A DNA stretch of 64,000 nt from Phaeosaccion multiseriatum (taxonomy: Eukaryota; Protista; Ochrophyta, other classes). The stretch spans positions 806,001 to 870,000 of the forward strand of contig OZ218955.1 of the NCBI GenBank assembly GCA_965112735.1, in the 5' to 3' direction. Under the pieces are notes generated by a model. It did not search any database and was not told where the DNA came from. It saw only the letters and a list, made by a program, of their open reading frames with translations. Below are positions 27,751 to 38,447 of this stretch, piece by piece (the first letter of the stretch is position 1; the number at the start of each line of letters is the position of its first letter). Made by a program: the position numbers and the translations under genes.

Positions 27751-29398
27751 GACACAACACACACACACACACACGTGCGCGCGCGAGGGGAGATCAAAGT
27801 CAGTAGTGTTATCATAGGAAAGGGAGGAAGGAAGAGGATAAGATCGTGCGAGCTCCCCTCTGTGTGTTGATCGGGGCCGGTGAACACGGTCTACTAATAC
27901 CACCAAGGGAACCTGAACACCTCCCCACTACTATCTACCTGCACGGCGTCGCCAGAGATGAATTTGGCCTCTCCCAGGAACACGTGTTCGCAAAAGTCGC
28001 GGCTGTAGCGGGCTACGGAGTCGTGCTCACTGATGTCGGACCTGGGGCACGGGATAGAGGAATGGAGGAGCATGAGAAGCATGATAGGGCAAAAGAGGGG
28101 CGTGATTGCTGGCCGTGCTTGGGGGTATGTGATTGGGCATGTTTGGGGGTGGTGATGGGGAAAAGAAAATGCTTCTTTTGGGGGTGGTTATGGCTTGCGA
28201 ATACTTGTAAGAGTACATGGCATGCAGTCAGTCGCAGGTGGAGAGAGAGAGAGACAGAGAGGAGTTGCCGAGTGCGGAGGAGCACGCGAAGAAAAACACT
28301 CACATACACTCACACACCTGATCTTCCTCATCCTACGCATAACCTTTGGGAAGTCGACCGTAACCTCCCCCGGGGGGAGCACCACCCCAAAGTCGGCAGC
28401 CTCCTTGACCTCGTACAGGCGCTTGGCACACGCGATTAGGGCCTTGCTGGGCACGCAGCCGATGTTCAAGCAGTCGCCACCCATGTAGTGCTTCTCGCTG
28501 GGGGGGGTGGGGCATGGCGTGGGGAGGTAGGGAGGTAGGAAGATAGGGTGGTCTGTGAGGAATGGTGGTGCGGTTATGGGAGGAGGTGGAGCGACTGTGC
28601 GCAAATGCAACGATGGACCCGAACCCAGAAGCTTTGTACACTTGTTCTGCTTGTTATTGGTGGGGGGAAAGACCTCCACTCTATCGTCTCTGTCTCTTGA
28701 CGGTGGAGTGCTTACATGAGGCAGCACTTCTTGCCGAGGGCATTGCCCATGATGACGCTGAGCAACCCTCCGACGCCCTATTACGGGGGCATACGGACAC
28801 GAGAAGGAGGACACGCGATTGGAAGGAGGGAAGGCAATTATTACCAACGTGAGGGCGTATTGTATTGGAAGGAAAGTGGTGCTCAGAGCACGTATGACCC
28901 TCGCACTCGGCCACTCACCGCTCCAATGACCACCAAGTCGTAGCGGTCGAGGGGCTCCGGGTTCTCGTAGGTGGGCGGGTGCACGTTGTTAACCAGCTTC
29001 GTGTTGTACTCGTCCATGGGGCTCACATCGGCCTCTCCCGCTGATGGAGCCGGCTCCTTGTTTCCCTTGGGCAAGTCGACCTGTGCCGTGAGCTGGTTCG
29101 CCTCGTCGGATGGATAGAGCGGCCCAAGCAGGTCTGCCACGGACATTGAGCCCTCCTTCAGCCGTCTGAGGATATCCATTGCCTGACCCTCAACATCGTC
29201 TGGAGCCGAGAGCGTTCCCTGTTGCGGAGGCATGGCTTTACAAGAGGTGGCTGATATCCTTCGTTCTGCCCCTGGTATCACTCTCGAGTCAGTGCCAATG
29301 CTGATCCTTGAGCAAGGCCGGAGAGCGAACGCGTCTACCCCAGTACAGCAGTGCAGCAGAGCGAATATTACAGCAACGACGACAGAGTGATGAGGCAT
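25381..29398 (-). CDS. Class I pyridine nucleotide-disulfide oxidoreductase (MerA/LpdA-like), probably plastid-targeted, multi-exon
   Basis: FAD-binding YDLVVIGAGVGG; redox-active GGDCLNIGCVPSKAL; MIATGAS; NAD(P)-binding VIGAGPIGLEMAQ; NIYACGDC; C-terminal IHPYPTTAEAIK; leader MPHHSVVVAVIFALLHCCTGVDA-F. Confidence 0.9.
25783..25930. repeat. Intronic ~43-bp tandem repeat, about 3 copies
   Basis: Repeated gtgaggcaggcaacacaaggggtgagaggagagaggaggggtga. Confidence 0.85.
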
Positions 29399-29984
29399 TC
29401 ACGGAGAGAAAGAGCCTTTAATTGTTTCGGGAGGATGAGGTCGGAGTGAAACGGAAAAGTCAATGAAAGTGGTCGCGACACGCTTGAGCGGGCAGCTTCT
29501 GTGAAAATGGGCTCGCAAATGAAATTGTCCTTCTATTTTAACACATTGTCTCGCGCCCTCCTCCCCTTGGTGAGAGAGGGGTAGCAGCAACGCAGATGCA
29601 GCAGATAGAGCGAGCTCTCCCCGCTCAGCTACGCTGCGTTGCTGGGCCCCAAAGTCGACTTGCTTCTCCGTTGCCTGCCCTTCCTCGCCCGCTAGTCTCT
29701 CGCCCCCGCCTTCCTCCAACCGACGGCCTCTTGTGTATGTACATCGGTGGTATTAAAAGTGTTTGGTAACGCCGAAAGTGGGCCCCGCCCCGGTAAGACA
29801 CCGCTTCTGCTCGAGGAAGGTGCCTCAGCCATAAACGCCCCAAACTCTCGTATTCCCTCAGTCCCTTCCTTGGATGGCTCAATTGACGTGAGGGCGTCAA
29901 CAGGCCCAGGCCCAGGTCCTCGCCACTCGGGCAAGGGCACCAATTCCACAGGACTACTCGACTGCCATGAATATGACTGCCGCC

Positions 29985-30925
29985 TCACCTGTTGGGGTTC
30001 TTAAAGTCGCTCCCCCCCTGCTTGTGTCCTCCCTTAATGTCCGCCTCCCAATCGCCAAAGAAGATGTAGTCTCTTTTGATGCCCTTCGCCTCGTCCTTCT
30101 TCACCATTTCGTCCTTCATCATTGTAATCAGGCCGAGGGGCACCAGCACCATAGACACAATGATACTGCCTACATTGCTGCGGTTCAGCGTCCAGAAGTC
30201 GTCTGTTTGGATGCGAAGACTCGCCCACTCCTGCTCAGATGGGAAGAAGAGGACAACGAGGAAGGATTGGACGACAGGAAGGAGCCAGAGAAAAGAGGAG
30301 AGAGTAGAGAGAGAGAGAGAGAGTGCGGAAGAAAATAAGAATAAAAGTAGTGAAGGGTGGGGGATGACTGCAACAGCGAAGAAGCGGCGGATGTACGGGT
30401 GGGGGGCGAGCCATCAACGGGCATTCGAGCACGGCGGCCCAAACGCGACGTGGTGGAATACCCGAAAAAACACCCGAGCCACATGAATAGCCCAGCCAAA
30501 CTTACGCTTCCTCGCATGCCAACCACTCCGAGCCCTCCCGAAACCCCTGCATAGCGTGTCCTTCACTCCCCAAACCTCAACACATGCTGTCTGTGCATTC
30601 TGGTACTAAAACAACTTTCCCCCCCCTCCCACACTCCACACTGCTGGTTACTCCGGCCACGCCTCGGTGCCAGCCGAAACGGAAGGCCTTTGCGGAGGCA
30701 GCAGCAGGAGAGGGGTCACTCCGATTCCCTAACCCGCCCCTTTCTCTCTGTCTCTCTCCCTCTCTCTCTGTCGCTCACCTCGACGAAGAAGTTTTTGATG
30801 AAATGGGGGTGCTTCTCTTTGAAGGAGTTTTCCGGGTGGAAAGCTCTTTTTCGCCCGATCGCGCTCGCAGAGCTGGTTCCTACTCTGCGCCCCTGCACCG
30901 ACGCCATCCTCATGAGGCTGTTCAT
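29985..30925 (-). CDS. NDUFB4: NADH:ubiquinone oxidoreductase accessory subunit B15/NDUFB4-like; complement(join(29985..30230,30779..30925)), ~130 aa
   Basis: Manual splice gives ...HFIKNFFVE|EWASLRIQTDDFWTLNRSNVGSIIVSMVLVPLGLITMMKDEMVKKDEAKG..., which matches the plant-type B15 pattern KNxFIExW..R....F.W..RN + one TM helix (recognised from memory). Arg/Ser-rich N-terminus. Confidence 0.7.
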
Positions 30926-31069
30926 GTTCACACACACACTCTTTCCTCCTGGCTCCAAAGTAGGTGAGTGACAACCCCAAGGGGGTCCTTTATCTGAGAA
31001 GCATATCGGCCAGATTTCATGAGCTTACTAGTTACTGAGCCACACTTTTGCCGCTCCTGCTGATTGAGC

Positions 31070-33314
31070 ATGACAGCCGGGGTACAATGCGGCCGGGAGT
31101 CCATCTTCGTGCTGCTGCTCACGGCCCTGATGTCGCTGGCATGGAACTGCGGGCAGGCGACGGCCTTCCTCGGCGCCTCGCTCCCCTCCACCGGTAGCAG
31201 TAGAGCACTCGATAGAAGGGGCAGCAGTAGTAGTAGCAGTGGGACAGCGTCGCCATGTCTAATATGTTCTTGTTTTACGGCGTCGCCGTGGAGTAGAGGA
31301 AGGAGTGGGGCGTCGTGGAGCAGTAGTGGCAGGAGCAGCAGCACCCGGGTTTGTGCTGCCGCGGCCGGGGAGCTAGAGAAGTGTGAGTACGAAGTGCTCT
31401 TGCCGTTCCTCTCGGAGCATATACAGCCGTCCGATCAGGTGAGTCACTGGCACCAGGCGCTGAGAGTTTAAACTTTTGTCAGAAGGACAGGGCCAGTAGT
31501 GCAGGGCTTCCCCCCGCCCGCACTCCCCTCCTATGCTCCCCCCTCGGTCGTGTCTCGCCTCCGTCTTGCCCTCCATTACTGAAATATGTCTTGTTTACTT
31601 TGGCTTTACCCTCGCCCTCCTTCGCTCAGCTGTTAGTGGTGGGGGCGTCATCCGACCTCGCCGTCCGACTTGCCTCCGACGGGTACGGTGCGCGTGACTC
31701 GCGCAGCTTCCTGTGGGTGATTGACAGCGACGCAGACAAAATAGGAGCCCTCCAGGCCTTGGCCCAGGCTGACCCTGCTGCCAAGAAATGTGTGGAGGAC
31801 AACAAGCTCAGGATAGAGCATGTCCCAGATCTCAAGGTGTGTGTCAAGCCCGACGCAATCAGCCTCTTTCTTCGTTGGGGCATTGGTGCCAGCCTCAACC
31901 TCTGCATTGCCCCGCAATTCACCGGACTGAAGTGGCCCACGTACTGCTGCCGTCAGAGCCTGACGCGCGAGCTTTTCTCCTTCGCGTCTCTCTCTGTCTC
32001 TTTGTGTCTCTCTTTCTCTCATCTGCTCTGTGTGTGTTTTAACGACTTGCGAACCCCATTACTGTTTCCGCCACGCCTACTGAATCAAGCGTACATGGAC
32101 TTGTTGCCGTATTGCTCATGTATGGCTTATTGAGGTGTTTCCTGTCGTGGGGCTTACTGAATGAATCGTATGTGGATCAGTTGCTGTGGTGCTATGACAT
32201 ACGGATTCGTTCCTCCTACACAACCCCTCCTATCTGCACGTGTTACTGAATCAACCATTCGTATGTGGAACGACTTGTTGCCATATTGCAGGACTTTGAG
32301 GTGGAGCAGTCCTTTGTGGACGCCGTAGTCGACTGCGGAGGCCTCGATGGCCTCCTTCAGGGCGAGGTACGACTCCCAAAGTGCCGTTTTTGCTCACTCA
32401 CTCACTCACTCACTCACTCACTCACTCACTCACTCACTCACTCACTCACTCACTCACTCACTCACTCACTCACTCACTTATTCACTTATTCACTCACTCA
32501 ATCTCTCTTTCATTCATTCACTCACTCACCCACTCACTCGGTCAATCAATCGCTCACTCACTCTCATTCACGCACTCACCTCACTCACTCCCTGTGGCCT
32601 CTGGACGGTCAATGGTGGGGGCGGCCGTAGTTTGCAGGGGGGAGGGGGGGGGGGGGAGGGCGAGGAGTCCGAGCCCGAGGAAAAGCACCTTACACCCCCC
32701 CTCCCTCCCTCTCTCCCTCCCTCCCTCTCGCCCCGCCCCCCCAAACGCCTCCAATCCATCCTTGCGCTTTGCCTCTCTGTGCATGAAGGGGGTGGAAGCC
32801 GCCGGGAGCTGCATCGACTTGATGCACAAGGCAGTTCGCCTCGGAAACCCGATGATCGCTGTGTCGAAGCTGCCCAAGGAGACCTTTTGCGAACCCTTCG
32901 AATCGCGCTTCGGGTGGATGCAAGTAAGAAGAAGGGCGATTAATCCATCCATCCATCCATCCATCCATCCATCCATCCATCCATCAATCAATCAATCAAT
33001 CAAGTACTTGCCCGGAACTGACCGTGTTTCCCACCGTGACCTTCTGGATCCTGACCCTGGTTCTGACCCTGGTTCTGACCCTGGTTCTGACTCTGGCTCT
33101 GCCCTTGATGCTCCCTCTCCCCACGGCATATTGTCTTTTCCATCAATGTATCGTGCCGCCTGCCGGGCTGCTTGTTTGGTCACAGGAGCTGGACGGCGAT
33201 CCCGGACAGGTGTCAGCCTGGTACAGGGGCAAAATCAACGTGAGCGACAAGGCCAACACCTTCTCCGACTTCGGTCTCTTCTTTTATGTCTACACCAACG
33301 TGGACAACTGCTGA
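31070..33314 (+). CDS. Degenerate class I methyltransferase-fold protein (METTL13 N-domain/EEF1AKMT4-like), probably plastid-targeted, multi-exon
   Basis: Spliced peptide EYEVLLPFLSEHIQPSDQ|LLVVGASSDLAVRLASDGY..LWVIDSD..|DFEVEQSFVDAVVDCGGLDGLLQGE..FFYVY follows the family layout; leader ...LLLTALMSLAWNCGQATA-F. Confidence 0.65.
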
Positions 33315-33764
33315 GAGAGGGATGGCAGCGGACGGACGGCGGACAGCGGGTACTTTTTTTAGATTCAAGGAAACATCCACCCACGCCTTTGTTGTAGGTA
33401 CTCCGTACTCGCTGCTTGCTGTCTGTTTCCGAGACGAGGTTATTGGGGACGGGGGATGGGCCCTTGAAAGGGCGGTGTGCAAGGTTCAGTTGGGATGACC
33501 GAGAGAGATGAGTCCTATCGTTCCATCCTCCTGCCGAGAACGCTTCAGGAAGGTGCTGAGTAGAGGCCTTGTACACATCGATAGATTGATGAAGATATAC
33601 TATTTTTACCCAGACGTCAAATTTCATGGCTGTCTTTGGGGCTCCTGCCCGGCGAAAGGCTTTTATTTTTAATTTTATTTTATTTTAAAATACAAACATC
33701 GTAGAGGAATTCTTTAAGTGCTTAGGAAAGGTTCAAGTGAGCTTCTGCTGCTGCTGATGTGAGG

Positions 33765-34377
33765 TTAAAAGCTACTGCTGCGCATATCCTCGTTCTGTTC
33801 TCGGCGCTCGACAGAGCTGCAATGACGCGGAAATCACTCGGAACTTCGGTGCCTTCTACTTCCATCTCCTCCTTCCTTACACTACGATAGAATCATGACA
33901 TGTAGAGGTGAAGGGCGAAGAGACTGTCGCTGCTGCTGCCGCTGCTGCTGCCGCTCACTTACGGGGTATCGTCCCTGGCGTTACCGGTGGTGGCGCTGCT
34001 CTGCTCCAGCGACAGCATTAGCCCTTCGTCGTCGGAGTCGCAGTGGGCCGCCGCTGCTGCTGCCTCCTTTCCTTGCACTGAGGGCGCCTGCCCGCTCCCT
34101 TCGCAGTGGGAAAACGCCCCGCCAGTGTACTCCGAGTCCTTGCTCGAATGAGTGGTGGACTGCTGAGACTGAGACGGACAAGGCGAAGAAGGGGAAGAAG
34201 AACAACAAGGGGAAGAGTTCCCCCCACCTCCCGATCCTCCCGACCCTCCCGAGCCGGAGTAGTGCGAAGCTTGTGAGTCGTTTGAGTTGTGCAATAAAGA
34301 GGACGCTTCAGGCGAGTAGAGGAGCATGGCCATTGACTTGGCGTCGTCGTCCATCATCGACTCCTCCTCCTCCTCCT

Positions 34378-34413
<36 letters not shown>

Positions 34414-36795
34414 CCTCCTCCTCCTCCTCCTGCTCCTCTTCGTCGTCGTCGCTGCCGTCTCTGCTAGTCCCAATGCTTTGGTTGCGCTGCTCACTCTCCT
34501 CTACTTCCTCATCCTCCCCTTCTTGTTTGTCCCCATTCTCTTCCCCCTCGTCCTCTTCCTCCTCCTCCCCCCCCGGCTCTACGGCAGTGGTCCCTCCTTC
34601 CCGCCCCACGGCAAGTCCAGACTCGGAGCCCTGTCCTTTGACTGTCACGTGCACAGGCTCATCGACGCTTCTCATCGACACCAACTTGCCTCGACCAAGC
34701 TCCTCCTCGCTACTTGCGCAGTCCTCCTCCTCCTCCTCCTCCTCCTCCTCCTCCTCCTCCTCCTCCTCCTCCTCCTCCTCCTCCTCCTCCTCCTCCTCCT
34801 CCTCCTCCTCCTCCTCTCCTCCTCCTCCTCCTCCTCCTCCTCCTCCTCCTCCTCCTCCTCCTCCTCCTCCTCCTCCTCCTCCTCCTCCTCCTCCTCCTCC
34901 TCCTCCTCCTCCTCCTCCTCCTCCTCCTGCTCCTCCGTCTCCTCCTGCTGCTCCTCCTCCCGAACCTCGTGACATCGCTCCTCCGTCTCTCCCTCTTCCA
35001 GAAGGGCATCATCCTCCTGCTGGCCTGCATGCATGAGCTCAAAAAGCGCAAAGGTCTCTCCCCTGTGCAACTGACTTCGCCTCCGCTGTCTCTCTCTATC
35101 CTTTGCCCTCTCCTTCTCGGTTAGCTCCTCCTCTTCCTCCTCAACGTCATCGTCTTCGTCGTCGCCCCCTCCCCCCGCCCCTCTGGGCAATTGCTGCGGT
35201 AGTTGGTTGCTTGATACACCGGGCAGCCAGCGTAGCAGCGGCACCAAGAACCCTTTCTCCCGAGCCTTCCTCCTGTCTCTCCTCACCCTCATCTGTAGCT
35301 CTTCCTCCCGCAGGACGACGGAAACCGCTCCCTGCAGCCCCCCGGGATCAATGTCGTGTAGGAACGCCTTCCTTGCGCGGCCCGCCAAACTCCCCTCGGG
35401 GAATACGCCCACACTACTCTCCACTGAGGAAGAGGAGGAGTGGGAGGGGGAGGCCCCATCCCTGCTACGACCTTCGCCCTCGCCCTCGCCCTCGTCGCTC
35501 CGTGCCTCGTTCGTCTCCCCGTGTTGCTTCCTGCTGCTCTGGCTGCGACTGCCTCTATTACATCCATCACCTTTCCTCGCCCCCGAACCCTTTCCCTTCT
35601 CCTTCTCTTTCCCCGAAGGAGCTCCACCCCTACCCTCGCCGTCTCCTCTCTCGGCGACCAGGTAGTCCGTCTCCCCCTTCTCTGTGAAGAGGAGCAGGGC
35701 GAGGTCATCGCTGGAGAGCCCTAAGCGCAGGAGCAGCACTTCCCCCGTGTCGCTGAGAAGAAAACTCAAATCCACCGCCATCTATCACACAAGAAGGAGG
35801 AAAACACAGCGAGCGGGGAGAGAGGGCAGCAGAAGTAAGGACAGACAGAAGGACAGCAGCAGCGTTTCAGAAAAGGATAGCACAAAGGAGGCACAACCCT
35901 ACCCACCCTACCCACCCTACCCACCCCCGCCTAGCCCCTCTGGCTCTGACCACGACCCTTATGCCTTGCATGATAGAACTCCCCCCCCCCCCGGGCCGGC
36001 CGACGAGACTCGACTTGTGCGCATACGTAAGAGTATGTGAGACGTACCTTGTGTAAGTAGTTGGTGCCTCTCCACATAAAGGGCCGAGGCTGCCACATTG
36101 ACCCCCTCCAGTCTTGAATGGCCTGTACCACAGAGAGACTCGCCCGCCTCAATCCGTGCAGCAGACTCAACAGCGCCGCTTCCCTCCCGTCGTCGTCGTT
36201 TTCGCCACCCTGCTCCTCGCCAGCAGCATTGCCATCATCACGACCACGACCACTCCCACCCCGACGCTCATTCTCATCCTCTTTCCCATCTAGACCACCG
36301 CCGTCCACAGAGCTTGGTGTCTGCCCTGTCTCTGCCTGGCCACGGGAGGGTGCTGTGTGTGGCCGCTTCATCCGAGCCCCCTCCCCCGCGGAGGCTGTCT
36401 TTTCTCTGCCCCTCGCCGCCTTGCCCCTGCTCGCCTCCCTCCAACCCATCACTCTCGTCCTCCTTTGTCCCTCGAACTCTGCGATCATCTCACGAACGAG
36501 CTCCTCTCTCTCTTGTATCCGCCGCAGGACGTGCAGTGTGAGTGTCCGGTGCTGCACAAGCAGCGCTATCTGGCGAGCGACCTCTCGCTCCGCCTGCGCC
36601 TTGGACACTGCAGCGTGAGGCTTGCCGACGTCTCTGCCACAAAACTCGGCCAGTATAAAGTCCCGCTCGGCTTGAGGCACTCGCAGCTCCTCCCACAGCA
36701 GCCTCATGCGGCGTATCAACCCCCGAAATCGGTCCTTGCGCCACCGAGACCGCTCGGCCTCGGACTGAGCATTTCGTTCCTTCCGCGGCGGCGGC

Positions 36796-36839
<44 letters not shown>

Positions 36840-37157
36840 GTGGTGGGTCCCTTCGTGATCATCCCAGTGATGTCCAGGATAGGCGTGGGGATGGGGATTA
36901 CGCCGCTGCTGCTGCTGCTCCCCCTTCATGTGGCGACTGAAGTGTTCGCGCCAGCTCTCTCTACCCAGCGAGAGAGCGAAAGGCTCTGTCGGCGCTCGGA
37001 CAAGGGTGGCCATCGGGCTTAGTTGAGCTCTGCTGCGCGACTGACTTGGTGAGATGCCGCACGACTGTGCCACCTCGAGGGCCACCCCCAGCGCCTCTGT
37101 GCTGGGAGAGCCCGCTCTTGCAGAGCCCACTCTCGCCCCTGAGCGAGAGCGTCGCAT
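33765..37157 (-). CDS. Uncharacterised coiled-coil/acidic protein (3 exons; apparent 1-nt frameshift in the GAG repeat near 34816)
   Basis: Long ORFs 35931..37298, 34672..35781 and 33959..34975. Splicing gives LRRASLSVVQAIQDWRGSMWQPRPFMWRGTNYLHK|MAVDLSFL. The last exon (33765..~33880) is tentative. Confidence 0.65.
34720..34960. repeat. (CTC)n/(GAG)n trinucleotide tract encoding poly-Glu
   Basis: Directly visible; the repeat phase breaks at ~34816. Confidence 0.95.
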
Positions 37158-37263
37158 AAGGCAGCACCACAAAGGAGAAAGAGAAGGGGGAGGAGGAAAA
37201 GAAGACGCAGATGGCAGCCGACGATTCAAAAAGTAACGTTTTTTTTCTTCCCTTTTCCAAAGA

Positions 37264-38290
37264 ATGGGGTCTGAATGGTCACGACGGCAAGCCACCATCG
37301 ACGATCTCTACAATAAAGATCCGAATGACGTGCAAAGCTGGGTGAGTGAAGGAGAGGAGGAGGACGAGAGAAGAGTTAGACTACTTCTTCCCGCTGCTCA
37401 TCGGCGTTGACCACATGCTTCCCCTCTCCCTGTTTGTTAGGATGTTTCCCACGTGAAGGCTCTGCACAAAGCCTATAAGGTAAGTGAAGGGACAAGAAAG
37501 TGAGAAAGAAGGGGAGAGAGAGGAAAGTGAGATTCGACAAATCAACGATTCCTCTTTGCCCACACAGAGCGGCGGGTACGACTTTGGGTTGGAGAAGGAG
37601 TCTCTCAAGAGCTTGCTGGGGGAGGCACTACCCAAGTCTAAGGACATACTGCCTCTGCTGTGGCGCCAGTATGTATATGTGGGGGAGGACGCGACAGGGA
37701 CCGGAGGACCGGGGCCAGCCTCCCCCCCCGGCGTGCTGTACGCGCTGGAGATGTTTGTGGGCATGGCGGTGCTTTGCAAGGGCATGACGAAGGACAAGGC
37801 CAGGTGGGTATTGGTTGGGAGGGCAGCAAAGTATCGTTCGACAGGCGTCCCTCCCTCTTCTCCTGAAATCCATCGACCCAACTCCCCAACCGCCCCCCGC
37901 CCTCTCCCCCTCTCGCACTCGGATGCCTGTGGACACACCAGGCTTCTATTCGAGATCTTTGACTTTAACAACACCGGCAACCTCACGTACGACGACCTCG
38001 TCGTTGCCATCAGTACCTTTGCTGGCGCCATGCACCTCGCTTTGGGCCCCGAGAAGGCCCTTCTGCTGGACGAAGAGAGCATCGACAAGCTCGCCGACGA
38101 TGCCTACGTCAGCCTAGAGCTCGACTCGTCCGCCAATGTCAGCTTGGACCAGTGGCTGGAGTGGCTAGGGGGTGCCAAGGGGATGCAGCTCGAGGTGGAC
38201 AAGACTGTGGAGCTCCCCGTGATGCTCAAGAGGTTCAAAATGACCGGTGCAAGTGCTGCAACTAGCAGCGAAACTGAAACTGAAAACTGA
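37264..38290 (+). CDS. N-myristoylated EF-hand Ca2+-binding protein (calcineurin B/NCS-like), 4 exons
   Basis: Starts MGSEWS (MGxxxS motif); spliced exons ...VQSW|DVSHVKALHKAYK|SGGYDFG...KDKAR|LLFEIFDFNNTGNLTYDDL; second degenerate loop LELDSSANVSLDQWLEW. Confidence 0.8.
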
Positions 38291-38447
38291 AAGCAGAGCT
38301 GAGCGCTTGTCTTCAGGATTTCAGTGTGCCCCGGAGGGCCGAGGGGGGGCGATTATCTGCTCCCCCCTGATCCCCTTTTGCCTATCGCGCGCGTGGCTCC
38401 CTGCGCGTTCGCAGCCAAGGTCTCTTCTTGATCCCCTCTCCCTCTCT

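Noticed and set aside
25381-29398. Mercury-resistance merA gene or bacterial contamination
   Set aside because: The gene is intron-rich, has a eukaryotic targeting leader, lacks the C-terminal Cys pair and has no mer operon context.
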